A DNA stretch of 64,000 nt from Callorhinchus milii (taxonomy: Eukaryota): positions 59,398,001 through 59,462,000 of the forward strand of contig NW_024704743.1 of assembly GCF_018977255.1 (NCBI RefSeq). The letters are read 5' to 3'. Position 1 is the first letter of the stretch, and each line of letters starts with the position of its first letter. Positions 33,797-45,921 of the stretch are shown here, piece by piece. A model generated the notes under the pieces. It saw only the letters and a program-made list of their open reading frames with translations. It was not told the DNA's origin and made no database searches. The position numbers and the translations under genes are program-made.

Positions 33797-36700
33797 AGTA
33801 CATCAAGGGACTCTACCCTGCATGAGGGGTTCTATATAAATGCAAGTTGTTGTTGCTGTTTTGTGGGAGGCTGGAGCTCCAGACTGGCTCTTTGGCAGGA
33901 CTGAGCGGAGTAGACAAGTCACTAAGATGGATTCTCCCAATTGGCTCCTGTTAACCTGCAAATCAAAACCTTAATGGGTAGAGAGTGGTCCAGCTGGCCA
34001 AGCAGTAGGAAGTTTGCCAGACGGTGTTCACAATGGCAAGCTGAATTGTATAGATGGTGAAACTGATTTAGTTGTATCACTCTTGCCTCTGAGTTAGAAG
34101 GTTGTGGAACCAAGCTACACTTTGAATTTTGAATTCACAATCTAGGCTGATTCATAGTTCTGAAAGTTTTCTTGGGAAAATAAAAAGGTAGACAAACAAC
34201 TCTTAAACTCTTAAAATGATCAAACACCATTGAGTGTGGAATCGACAATTCAGCAAATTGTGGCTGGCCTGTGGAAGTCATGAACTTGATTTGCTTAATA
34301 ACCTTTTCTTTTATATTTACTTATGTTCTTGTTTTGTGTATTGCTGAAGTTGTCCTTCGCTATTGGCAAAGGGCGGACTGATCAAAGGCCAAGCACATAC
34401 CAGTCTTTTAACTCTTATGTTGGACATAGTGGCTTCCCTTTCCTCTTTTTCATCCCAGAAATGACCAAATTGGATCATTCTTGAAAGTGGGGTGCATTCT
34501 AAACAATGATAGAATATACCTTGATTCATAAGAAGTAATATTACTAGAGTTCTGCTTCTTGCATTAAAATCTTATACTTATTCATTCCTTCGTTTTTCTC
34601 CCGCTTAGGCTCTTCTCATGCTCTTATTGCTGGTCTTCCCAGCCGTACTATTCATAAGCTCAAACTCATACAGAACTGCACTGCTGTTAGTTATATGGTT
34701 GGTATAAACTTGATTATATAGTCTAAGCTGACATTCTGATGAGGTGCTGGGAGAATGCTGCATTGAAGGTGTCTTCCTTTGAATGAAATGTTAAATCAAG
34801 GTCTTGTATGTTATTCAGGTGGATGTTAAAGATTCCTTGGCACTTTTCAAAAAAAAAAAGAAGCGAGTTTCTCCTGGTGTCCGATAATTATTATTTTTAT
34901 TAATTTGTCATGGCATTTTTAATAATAAAAGTAATAATCCTTACATCTGCCGTTCATGTCAGGAGGACAACAAACTTATTTATCTAGTGCCTTTTATGTC
35001 GGAAGAACGTCCAAAGGCACTGAACAGTTAAGCGTCCCAGCTGCGGGTTGCAATCGAGAGATGTAGGGGAGGTAGGAAAGTGGCTGAAAGCATGATCGAA
35101 GAGGAAAGTCTTGAGATGGGCCTTGAAGGAGCCAAGGGGAGGAGTGATTCCAGAGATGGAGTTCCAGAGAGTGGGGGCCAAAAAGCTGAAGGCCCGACTG
35201 CCAATGATGAGGCGGGCAAGGTGGGGGACATGAAGCAGGCCATTGCCAGCTGAGCGGAGGGAGCAGCCAGATAGGTATTAATAGGTCGCAGAGGTAGGGA
35301 GGAGGAAGGCCGTGGAGGACTTTAAAAGTGAGGACAAAGATTTTAAACTCTTCTTGAGGGATGGGGAGCCAGTGGAGCCGGGTGAGGATGGGGATGGTAG
35401 GTTCACTGAACTTGTTTTATTCCTATATATGTGTTGGAAATGTTTAAAGGGGATTATAGGAAAAACAGAATGCTATGAATCTAATTTCAAAGCAAACCAG
35501 TTTTGTTAATGTAAAAAACTAGGTTAATAATTCATGTATCAGAAGTGATTCTGTGAATTACTTTTTTTGATTGTTTTGCATGAGTGGTTTCCTGCATTAC
35601 TACTTAAAAATAGGAAAAAGAGTTTCAAATAGACTATTAAAAATGTAAAATTGATCACATAGGCAGGCAGGCAATGGAATACTGAATATTTTAATATCAC
35701 TTATTGTTCAGAATAACTTCCTGTCCATAATTGTACATTGTGTTGAAGATATAAGTGTATTCTAACATAGTTACTTTATCATTTATATTTGGGTCCTAAA
35801 TTACATTGGAGAGTAATTGGCAAGTTTTCTACTCTTTCAAGACTTCCATATATCATATTACAAAATTTGAAACCATCCAAAGATATTTGTTCATGCATGG
35901 AAACTACCGCAGATTTTTTCTCCTAATTCAGGGGTAATGTCTTGCTTCTGCTCAAATGATCTAATTGGTAACTGTCCTCATGAAAGGGCAAGAATTAATG
36001 CATATTCAGTGTAGCAAACTGACATGTTTCAGAATAGTGCATTTGTAATTATCTTACAGTCACTAAAAAATATTGAATATTCCAAGAAGATGAATTTCAT
36101 TTGGGTCTTACAATAATATTAATCATCTTTCCATTTGATATAGCACCTATAACATCAAGAACGTTTCAAAATGCTTCATATTTTTTTTTAAAGTGTAGTG
36201 ATTGTATACAGAGGCACAACCTAGCCTCCATTCTTTTTCAATGCCCTATATACTGTATTTGAAATGTACACTACAGTTATAGTGGTGTTTATCGGTTTAC
36301 ATTATTTTTTCCTTCTAAAATGAAAAATCTTCTATCATTCTTTTATTACACTTAGATAATGTTATAGACCACAAATATACAGTCAATTCACTTTACAGTC
36401 TATTCTGTGAAGTGCTTTGAGACGTCGAGAAGATGTGAACAGCTCTATATCAAATGTAAGGATTATTATTATTATTCAGGCCGGAGCCTGCTGAGTGGAG
36501 GGAGCGGACAGGTTGATGTAAATTATTGATTTTAGCTACATTGCGGTTTCGGTTGAGTCGATACGTTTGATGCTTTTCGAACATGGTTGAAAAGCTATCA
36601 CTGCCTCTCTATTGTGGAGGCANTTTTTTTGGAATTAACATGAGCAATTTACACTTATATGGACTTTCATATTGGGAGAACATTGGAAGAAAGAACTTTA

Positions 36701-39170
36701 CAGACTCTCTCGGTGACCATGGCTTCCTGCTTTCGACACAGTCGATCATGCCATCTTCCTCCATCGTCTCCTGCCTCATCGACCTTAGTGGGACCACAAT
36801 CGTTTGAGTCCTACTCAACCAACCACCATCACTTTATCTCCGTAAACAATTTTTCCTTCCTACCCTGCCTGGTCACCTGTTGCCTACCCGAACGCTCCAT
36901 CCTTGACCCCTTCGTTTCCTTATTTACATGCTCCCAAATTGTCTGGAACGTAGTTGACTACAAAATAGTTACTACACTTTCCAGTATTTCACACTTTTGT
37001 GAAGCGCTTTTGCAGGAAAGATGCAATATTAAATTGAAGGATTATTAAAGGTTAATAGTAAATACAGTTTTATTCTATCCCTAAAGATTTTTGAGGGTAT
37101 TTCTCAAAATGAACACATAAAATATTCAGATTATGTGCTCAAAATTAATCATGGATTTCAGTCATATTGTTAGCACTTCATTGCATTTGTAGTACTCGTC
37201 ACTTTCTATCAATTAAATAATATGGTAATAAAGATCACTCCATGACGGAAGTTAATATCAATCCTGTCTGATAGTTTTGTCACATATACTCTAATTTCCA
37301 TTTTTAATCCTCATCAAATGGCCTTGTTGAGGTTAGAATTTATACGGCACTTATTTTGTTTAGTTAAATTCATCAGTCCTGGAGAATAAAATCCTTTAAA
37401 AATTGTAGCCATCTAAATTTATTTTAGCATTAAGCTTTTTTATACTCACAATGAGGTAGAAATTTGTCTAAACTTAATCTATTTTCTTAGCATTAGACAG
37501 CATCCAGAATTTTGGAAATTCTTGAACACCTACATAATTTGAAGGTGGTTTTCAGCAGTTTTTTTTAAAAATCCTCAGAAATTTGGCTTCAAAGTTGAGA
37601 CCAATTACAACAATTTGCCAAATTCTGGACATCTAAAAAAGGGATGAAAGTAGAATACATCTTGGCCTTAGTGGAATTTCTCTCCACACGTGAGAGTGGA
37701 ATTGCCAACAGTGAATATTTTGTCAACTTCCAACAGATTTGTGCTAGGTATGGTGATCACAAGAAAGGAAGTTACAATGCCAAATTCAGTCCACATTTTA
37801 ACCAGAGGAAAGGGAGGAGACTTTTATTCTGATAATAATAATAATCCTTGCTTTTGACATAGGCAGGACTTCAGTCTGGGTCGAATTCAAAAATAGGTCC
37901 TGGAAATGAAAAGATAATGTGCTGCAGTGCTCCACACCAGCTATATGCCACAAATATTTACAGATTATTTTTCTTTTTTCATTGTTCCAGGAGATCATTT
38001 TTGGGAACAATTACCATTCTAATTCAACTTGTGTTGCTGCTTAGGACGGTGAAGGGTATAATTAAAACTCAAATGCTTTTATGGGCAGCTGCTGTATTAT
38101 GCAGCAAAAAGATAGGTCTATGATTAATGTCATCTGCAGAAAATATAAGACCAGACATAATGTTGACATTTTAACCCTCTTATAAAATATAAAGGTTTGC
38201 CATTGGTAATATAGCTATTTGGATCCTGTGTTAGTTACATGCTGGATGTCCCTAGTAAAATAGTGACAGTTTCCTGATGATTGCCTCTTACTGACGTCAT
38301 TTTATGTCCTCAACATTGGTATTTGATTTCAAGGTCATTCTTAATTTAATGCTTCACATTTGGCTTACTGCCATTTAAGTTTTTAACTAGAATTGCTGAA
38401 AAGAATTGGGACTTGTCTAGACTGCTTATGAGGTGCTGCAAGTCCAATCATTCTTTGTATTGGATGATATATTGACAAAGTCAAACAACTTAAAGCACTT
38501 CACAGGTAATTGTTAATTGTAGTGACTGTGTACTTGCAGATAATCTGTGCACAGAATGGTACTTCAGATAGACATGAAATGAGTGATAAACTTTTCTAAA
38601 GTATTGCTGGCCAGAACACTGGGAGAAACTCTTAAATTTTAAATACTATCATTGAGTTTGAAATCCACCTGATGAACAGTCAGGCAGGACTTCAGTTTAG
38701 CATCTTGAAGGATGGCATCTCTGACAATGCAAGATTCCTCCAGTGCTGTGCTAAACTATCAACCTAGATTATTAGACCTGACGTGGTAACATCCAAATTG
38801 ATAAGCAAGAAGAGGGAAGAGAGTTAATATCAGTTTGATTTGGATAGCAGCTATCACCTAAAGCAGCATGGTCCAACAGGAGTCTGCGGGGGATTCCAGC
38901 CCTGACATTGATTTTATTGAGGGGAGAGAGGAGCAAGAGCTAAGAAAGGGGGAATGAGAGAATGATTTATAGAGGATGTGGCCCGTTGACCTGTGGCGGA
39001 CAAAATTTTGGACCTCCCGGACCTAAAGAAACAACCAAAGAGATCTAAGAGATTGTGCTGTGAAGATGCATATAATAGTGAAGTGAGGGACAGAAAAAAA
39101 TTGTGATGTAGTTTGAAAATCTTGCAGCAGGTCCCAAAACATCTGCAGTTGGCTGTTTTAGTGGCGGTAT

Positions 39171-39581
39171 GTCAGCCTGGTTCAGTTGGTAGCACTTTTG
39201 CCTCTGAGTCTGAAGGTTGTGAGTTCAAGCTTCACATCACAACTTGGAATTCATCTAGACTGACGCTCAGTACAGTGCTGGGGGTATGTTGCATTAATGG
39301 GGGTGCTATCCTTTGGATGAGACATTGAACTGAAGATCCATCTGCTTGTTTAGGTGGACGTTAAAGAACCCATGGCACTATTCAGAAAGAGAAGCGAGTT
39401 TCTCGTGTCCTGGCCAACAATCCTCCAAGTAAAATTGGTCATTCACTTCATGGCTGTTTGTGGGACTTTGCTGAGCACACATGAGTTGCTGCGGTTGCCT
39501 ACAAATACCCAGTCACTACACTTTACATTGCATGCTGTGAAGCACTTTTGAGATTTCCTCTTGATGTGAAATGCGCTATAT
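39171..39581 (+). mobile_element. Old SacSINE1/AmnSINE-like DeuSINE, near full length
   Basis: Head gtcagcctggttcagttggtagcac...gcctctgagtc.gaagg and long Deu domain (ggatgagac...ggtggacgttaaaga.cccatggcactatt). Family name assigned from memory. Confidence 0.75.
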
Positions 39582-41375
39582 CAGACCAACTGTGAACTTT
39601 CATCTCTTTAACCATTTTGGGTCTACCTCCCATCTGCTCTGGCTGCTCTTTTTGAGCATCCTAACCCTATATCACGCTTCCCTCCTTTCCTTCGAAATCC
39701 TCATAATCTATCCCCCTCCTAAACCACTTGGCACTTTCCTCACTGATATTTTACTTCTCTTCGTGGCTTCACCTCATCATGGTTAACTTCAGTTTTAACT
39801 TTTATATAGTCTTGATATCTGAGCTTGCCATCTCTGACGATGCCATTTCTGATTATTACTTCATCTCTGTCTTCTTATAGATCTTTCCCCCACCCTGTCC
39901 TTGGAGAAAACTCCCTCTAAAATGCCAATTAACCCTCTGAACTTCGCTCCCTGTGGCTTTCACCTGCCATGACCTTGATACTCCCATGGAGCTGCTCAAT
40001 AGCTACCTCTCCCTACCTTCAACCCACTTTCTTCTTCCCTCACACCCAAAATCCAGAATCGTCTCTCACTCCAGACATTCCCTTTGGTACAACAAACACC
40101 TCTGTTCCCTCCAATTCTAATTGTGAGTCCTTGAAAGCAGGTGGCACATAACCTGCCTCACTGGCTATCGGGAAATGTAGCTTGAGGACCTCTGTGATTA
40201 CCTCTACGTTTTCTCCAAGGCAAAAAACTCCATAATCATCCCGAAGGCCAAAAACAATCCCAATATACTATTTTCCACCACTGATCACTGCCTCCACCCT
40301 TCCTAAGCCGCCTTCATCCTTATTTCCGACTCCAAATGAAAGGAGTTTAATGATTAAATTGGTCAGGCCATGCCTTCTTCCTCCATTCTTTGCCCCTCTC
40401 TTTGTGCCCTCTCGCATTGCTCCTGCATAGCACATTTTAGCCCCCATTTCTCCTTCATCCCTCTCCAACCTCACTTTCCTTGTGAAACCCACCACCTATT
40501 CCACACTGTTGTCATCACTCACTCCTTAAAAAGACACTCAATAATATAATTATTATTATCAATATTATTAATTATTACTTATTAATTATATATAATAAAT
40601 ACTACAATAATAAAATAATAAGAATAAAATATGAATAATAAATAAGAATATAATTATTAATTTTTTATATCGTTAATAATAAGTAATAATTAATAATATA
40701 TTAATAATATTTATAATAATAATAATAATTATTATTAAAAGACACTCAACCCTTCAAAGCTCTAATTGCATGCTTATCGCCAACCTGTCCTTTCTAAGCG
40801 TCCAAACGCTCCCCCAATCCTCTGCCTGGCCCTCTCCTTCCCTTTTAGATCATGACAGTCCTTTGACCGGGCTTGTGGTCACCTCCTCCCTCACTCAGGC
40901 TCCTCCACTATTAAGTGGTCCCTCTCTCTCTGACATGTTGACTGCTCTGTCCTCTTTAATTGCCTATCGTACAACATTGCACTTCCTGGTTCCAATCCTA
41001 CTTCTTTCAATATAATATGGACCATATCATCAGTGTAAAAGCTATTTTGTCACAAGATGTTTAATTGGTTAAAAAGAGTTAATGCCTATGTAAATTTGTA
41101 GTGTAATAGCATTATAAGAATATTATAATAGAGGGCTTAATAAATCTTAATTGTAGGAAGCTTTACTTCAAATACAGCTGAATAACGCATACTAAGAAAT
41201 TTCAATTTTATCCTGCTCTTGAGTTTATGTTTTTGTGCTTTATGTTAGCCACATTCATTCCTTTTGCATTGAAACTATAATATTTGATTAAAACACCAGC
41301 AAATTAAAATTCTTTACTACATTACAAATGAAAATATATCTTAGTATTGAAACATCCTTTTTTTACTTTCCTTAG

Positions 41376-41544
41376 ACTTATCTTCATTTAACATTCTGGA
41401 ACTTGATGCTTCATTATCATGCCCTGGAACAAGAGATGAATCATGTGCCCATTGGGATCATACAGTTCAGCTTTATGTATGCTGTGAGCAGAATAGCTCG
41501 TACTGTAATCTTGAGCTTGGGAGATGGATTACCCCATTCCGCAG
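41376..41544 (+). CDS. PNGase F-like gene, exon 7 (PNGase F N-domain): DLSSFNILELDASLSCPGTRDESCAHWDHTVQLYVCCEQNSSYCNLELGRWITPFR
   Basis: Acceptor ttttactttccttag|AC and donor CAG|gtaaac; 169 nt, phase 1 to 2. Carries the C-x-x-W-D and ELGRWITP motifs of the PNGase F family. The ORF track shows a different, wrong frame here. Confidence 0.93.
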
Positions 41545-42245
41545 GTAAACCAGTAACTAATTTATTAATGCAGTTGGTTGGAAGAAGCAATTCAGAGTAG
41601 TGATTAGAAGACTACAATTTTTTTAATATTCTTTAAATTCTTATATATTAATATGTGCATTGGTATGTAAATTAAGAATCAATAACATTAATTATGTCAC
41701 TTGTTTAATGTTTTTATTTATTGAAAAAAATAAAATTTTCCCTGATTTCTATAACTGTATAGAAAGTGTGATGTTCGTATTTTTTCATTTATAATGTAGT
41801 TGGGAATACCAAGTATTCGTCAGCTTAATCTAAACATGATCTGAGCTTTAAATATGGTTGGTTTATTAGATGAGTTGTGTTAAGGCATCACTATTGCCTT
41901 TCACATCGGGAGGATGTCTCAAGCAATTGACACTACTAGTTGAGCACCCGAGTTGCTTTGGGGACTGCAGGGGAATGGGGAGGGGAAAGATCACTGAAAC
42001 TTAATTAAGGTCCACAAAATCTGTGCATGAAGATAAATAGTCTTTGTATCTTATAATAATCCTTGCATTTGATATAGTGCTTTTTACGTCTTCTCGACGT
42101 CTCAAAGCACTTCACAGAATAGACTAGACAGAATAGAAGTGAAATTGACAGTATATTTGTGGGCGAAATCTTATTCAAGCCTTTATTGTCATTCAGTTTT
42201 CAGTTTGATTATTAAAAAATATTGCTTTATTATTTCTGATTACAG

Positions 42246-42397
42246 ACGTGTTGGCCATTGGTTAACTGATGTCTCACCCTTGCTTCCCCTGCTTAATCAA
42301 AACACGTGTACTTTCAATATAAAGACAGCACCCTGGGCCATGCCCTGGAAACCATCTCTCAATCTTCGTTTCAGTGAGAGTGGCCAGACAGAATCGG
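42246..42397 (+). CDS. PNGase F-like gene, exon 8: RRVGHWLTDVSPLLPLLNQNTCTFNIKTAPWAMPWKPSLNLRFSESGQTES
   Basis: Acceptor tctgattacag|A and donor CGG|gtaaga; 152 nt, phase 2 to 1. W.TDVSPL.PLL corresponds to PNGase F DVTDFKSLL. Confidence 0.92.
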
Positions 42398-43181
42398 GTA
42401 AGAAACAGATTTGATGTTTGACTTGATATGTTTGAACAGATTTGTTATTGTTTACCTGGCGGCAAAAGGTTTTCGACTCAATGATATTGAATACTATCTA
42501 CTGTGTTCTCAGTGGCTTCATTTCATGATTCTCGCTGGTACAATAAGACTATTAGTTAAATTCTTTGCGTACATGTTCACAACAGAAACGATGCACAACC
42601 TTCTTTAAAAGAACACAAGATTAGTTAGGATGAAAAATGTTCTGTGGTCTATTTGATCTCGTCCTGGAACACACACTACTGTCTTCTTATCACCGCATCA
42701 GGTGTTTTAATTGAGGCCTGGTCGCTCACACTCTTCTTGATAACCTATTTCAATTTTTAATTACCCTCTGGTAAAGAAATACTTCTATCTCAAGATGGTA
42801 GCTAATACATTCCTGGTGTCTGTCCTGAAATTACCCTTTGCCATTCAATTGTTTTACTGTCTTGGTGCATCTTAAACTTTACCTTTTCAATTCCATTTAA
42901 AATGTAATACACTTCTATAAAGTTTCTGCTGAGACGACTACAGCTCCCCAAACTGAAGAGCCCTGGTTGTCTAATCGTTGCTCAAAGATCATTCCTCTAC
43001 CATTGAGAATACTCCACACTGCTGTCCCCTTATGTTGTGGCGACCAGAACTATGTGTCGTAAGTCTGGGAGCAGCTTCACCAGAGCACAGCATAGCTTGG
43101 GTTTGACAAATTGATGCAGAGATAGAAATTGCAAAACAGAACAGAAGCATTAAGATTGGGAGAAACTACAGAAGTATAGAC

Positions 43182-43391
43182 AGCCTGGGGGTGTTAAAAG
43201 AACCACCTGACCTGGATGACTTACTGGAACTTACTGCACTGGGAAAAAAATTGTTTGTACTTTGGTTGATTTATTGATAGTGAATTGGTATCAATAAATC
43301 AACCAACGTGCAAACAATTTCATTCCCATTGCAATAAATTCTATAATGTGCAGTTCATCCAGGCCAGGTGGGTCTTTTAATCACCCAGGCT
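43182..43391. repeat. 210-bp imperfect palindrome (fold-back or MITE-like)
   Basis: Outer arms agcctgggggtgttaaaaga.ccacctgacctggatga and tcatccaggccaggtgggtcttttaatcacccaggct. Inner arms ttggttgatttattgata and tatcaataaatcaaccaa around a 9-nt loop. Confidence 0.85.
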
Positions 43392-44000
43392 CTAGGATCA
43401 GTGAGGGGAAATGTGAAAACTTTTTTAAAAAATCCTATAAAACAACTATAGGCCAGTGAGCTAGATATCTCTAACAGGTTGAATTTGAAGTGGCATTAAG
43501 AATGAGGCAATAACAAAACACCCAGAGAAATATGGAAGTTATACTCTGGTCATTTTCATTTCTCTTCAATGGCAGCAAACTATCAATTCAGGTTAATCTT
43601 ATGTTGTATATAATGTGTGCTCAAAAGCTTTTCCTTTATGGTTCTGAGCTCCTTGGCACACGGTGGAGAGGATTTTTGTGACTCATTTGTGAAATATAGG
43701 ACCAAGCAATAAGATGGATATGTGGTTAAAAGAGAAAGCGGCTGCAGGGAGGAAGGGCTCAACTGAAAGCCGGCACTGACCTTTGGAGAGCACCCTTGAG
43801 GTGGATTTCAGGGGGAATGTGGTCTCTGGGGCTGACCTAATTAGCAACCTATTGTCGGAATTGAATCGCTCTGATGCCTAGTACTGTACTTTAACTTAAT
43901 ACTTCTATCCCAAGCCTAATTCTTTCCAGTGTTGGGTAAATGAGGTGTGTCCCTCTGGGGCGAAAGTGCATATTCCTTTCCAGACACGGAATTTCCATAT

Positions 44001-44416
44001 GTATCTCCAACCTACTATCCCCCTACCTACCTGCCCGCACCCTCCGTTCCTCTGGCTCCGGTCTGCTCCACATCCCCCGCCCCAACCGCCCTACCATCGG
44101 TGGTCGGGCCTTCAGCCTCTCAGCCCCCAGGCTCTGGAACTCCATCCCCCAGTGCCTTCGCCGCCTCCTCCCTTTCCTCCTTCAAGGCCGGTCTCAAAAC
44201 CTTTCTCTTTGACCGAGCCTTCAGCTCCCCTCTCGACTCTCTTCCCCCTCCTCGCTCCCTCCCTTCCCTTCCCTCACCCTGACCATTTCCCCCTCCTCGC
44301 TCCCTCCCTTCCCTCTGACCATTTCCCCCCTGCTCGGTCATGACCCAACTGTACAGCACCTTGGGACGTCCTCCTGACGTGAAAGGCGCTTTATAAATGG
44401 AATCTTGTTGTTGTTG
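44001..44416 (+). mobile_element. Young L2 3' fragment
   Basis: Near-identical to the 3' part of 28444-29451, with an internal duplication in the pyrimidine-rich 3' UTR. Confidence 0.9.
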
Positions 44417-44430
44417 TAGGGGACATGCAT

Positions 44431-44900
44431 ACAACAACAACAAGAAACAACAACAAAATTACATTTATGGAGCGCCTTTCACGTCGCAAGGACATCCCAA
44501 AGTGCTGAACAGTCAGGTGTTGAGACCCGAGCAAGGGGGAGGGGTGGTGTAGAGGTGAGGAAAGGCAGAGAGGTGGGAGAGCGACCAAAGGCACAATAGA
44601 AGAGAAGGGTCTTGAGACCAGCCTTGAAGGAGGCAAGGGAGGAAGCGAGGCGAAGGGACCGTGGGATGGAGTTACAGTGTGTGGGCAGGGAGGCTGAAAG
44701 CCCGGCCACCGATGGCAGGTCGGGTGGGAGACATGGAGCTGAACGGAGGGAGCGGGCAGGTTGGTAGGGAGTCAGCAGTCAGAGAGGTAGGCCTTGAAAG
44801 TGAGGACGAGGATCTTGAACTCGATCCTTTGGGGGTTGGGGAGCCACTGGAGTCGGGTGAGGGTGGGAGTGATGGGATCCCGGAGCCTGACGTGGAACTC
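44431..44900 (-). mobile_element. L2 3' fragment, tail to tail with the preceding copy
   Basis: (AAC)n tail at 44431; FKAGLKTLLF and LxWLP motifs on the minus strand. Confidence 0.88.
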
Positions 44901-45540
44901 TGCCTGGTTTGAATATTCGTAAGCATGGGGATATGCTTTAGAATGAGTCAAACATTCGCCAGACCAAAAGAAAAGCTATCACATCATTCTTTTTCTGAAA
45001 CTTCCTGCTTTCCTTTCTGCACTATATGCCATACTCGTTTGTTCTTTCCCATCTGAACAAGCTTGGACTTATATTGAGTCCTTCATGTAGAGTAATGTAT
45101 CAGAGTGCTTTATAGAGATGATGTTGGACACCATTTGAGGGGAGTGATGTTACACTCAGACTTGTTTCAGCCACTCCTTTCCTCTCACCGAGTCTTTCCC
45201 TTTATCTCTCATACTGTGTGAGGTTCACTGTCACTCTTTCATACACTTTTGTCTTTTTTTTCTTGTACTCTGTCATTCAAAGCTCGCTCAGTCTTGTCCC
45301 TCTCTCTCCTCTTTCCCACTTACATAGGCTTACTCCCTCTCACTCACACATGCTCATGCTCAGTCCGCTGGCTGCACCAGAACTAGAAAAACAAACACAG
45401 CTTCTAAATATAAAACCATCTAGAGTTCTGAAACTGATGGGATCACTTGCATTTTATGATTTTACAGTACAAAACTTTACATGTCTATGTGCTAATTACA
45501 CTAGTAATCAATATGGTGACTTTATGATATTTAACACATT

Positions 45541-45921
45541 GGTGGTTAGAGCATTAGCCTTGCAAGTGAGAGACCTGGGTTTGATTCCCGGCAGGACGAA
45601 ATGTTGGGCAAGTTTCCTGACTCCACAGCCTTTGTTTGCCTAACAGTAAATAGGAACTTGATTGGCAGATTGCCAATAAGTAGGAAGTTGATTGGCAGAT
45701 TGCTTTTCTGGGGCTAATAATTCCTTCAAAAAAATAATAATAATGAATTTGTCACTTCAATCCACTACTGTTTGTGGGACACTGCCGTGCACAATTGGCT
45801 GCCGCTTTCACCCACAAACTATACAGTCAAGACACTTTACAATATATTCTGTGAAGCGCTTTGAGACATCTCGAAGACGTGATAAGGCGTTATATCAAAT
45901 GCAAAGATTATTATTATTATT
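45541..45921 (+). mobile_element. Near-full-length DeuSINE, longer subfamily
   Basis: Partial tRNA head, internal segment, Deu core and (TTA)n tail. Truncated copies also lie near 9548-9735, 22901-23150, 24000-24200, 26100-26320, 36369-36475, 42054-42168, 53168-53312 and 62570-62672. Confidence 0.85.

Noticed and set aside
41403..41600. ORF-track peptide MMLHYHALEQ...
   Set aside because: Wrong frame over true exon 7; the spliced frame gives the PNGase motifs.
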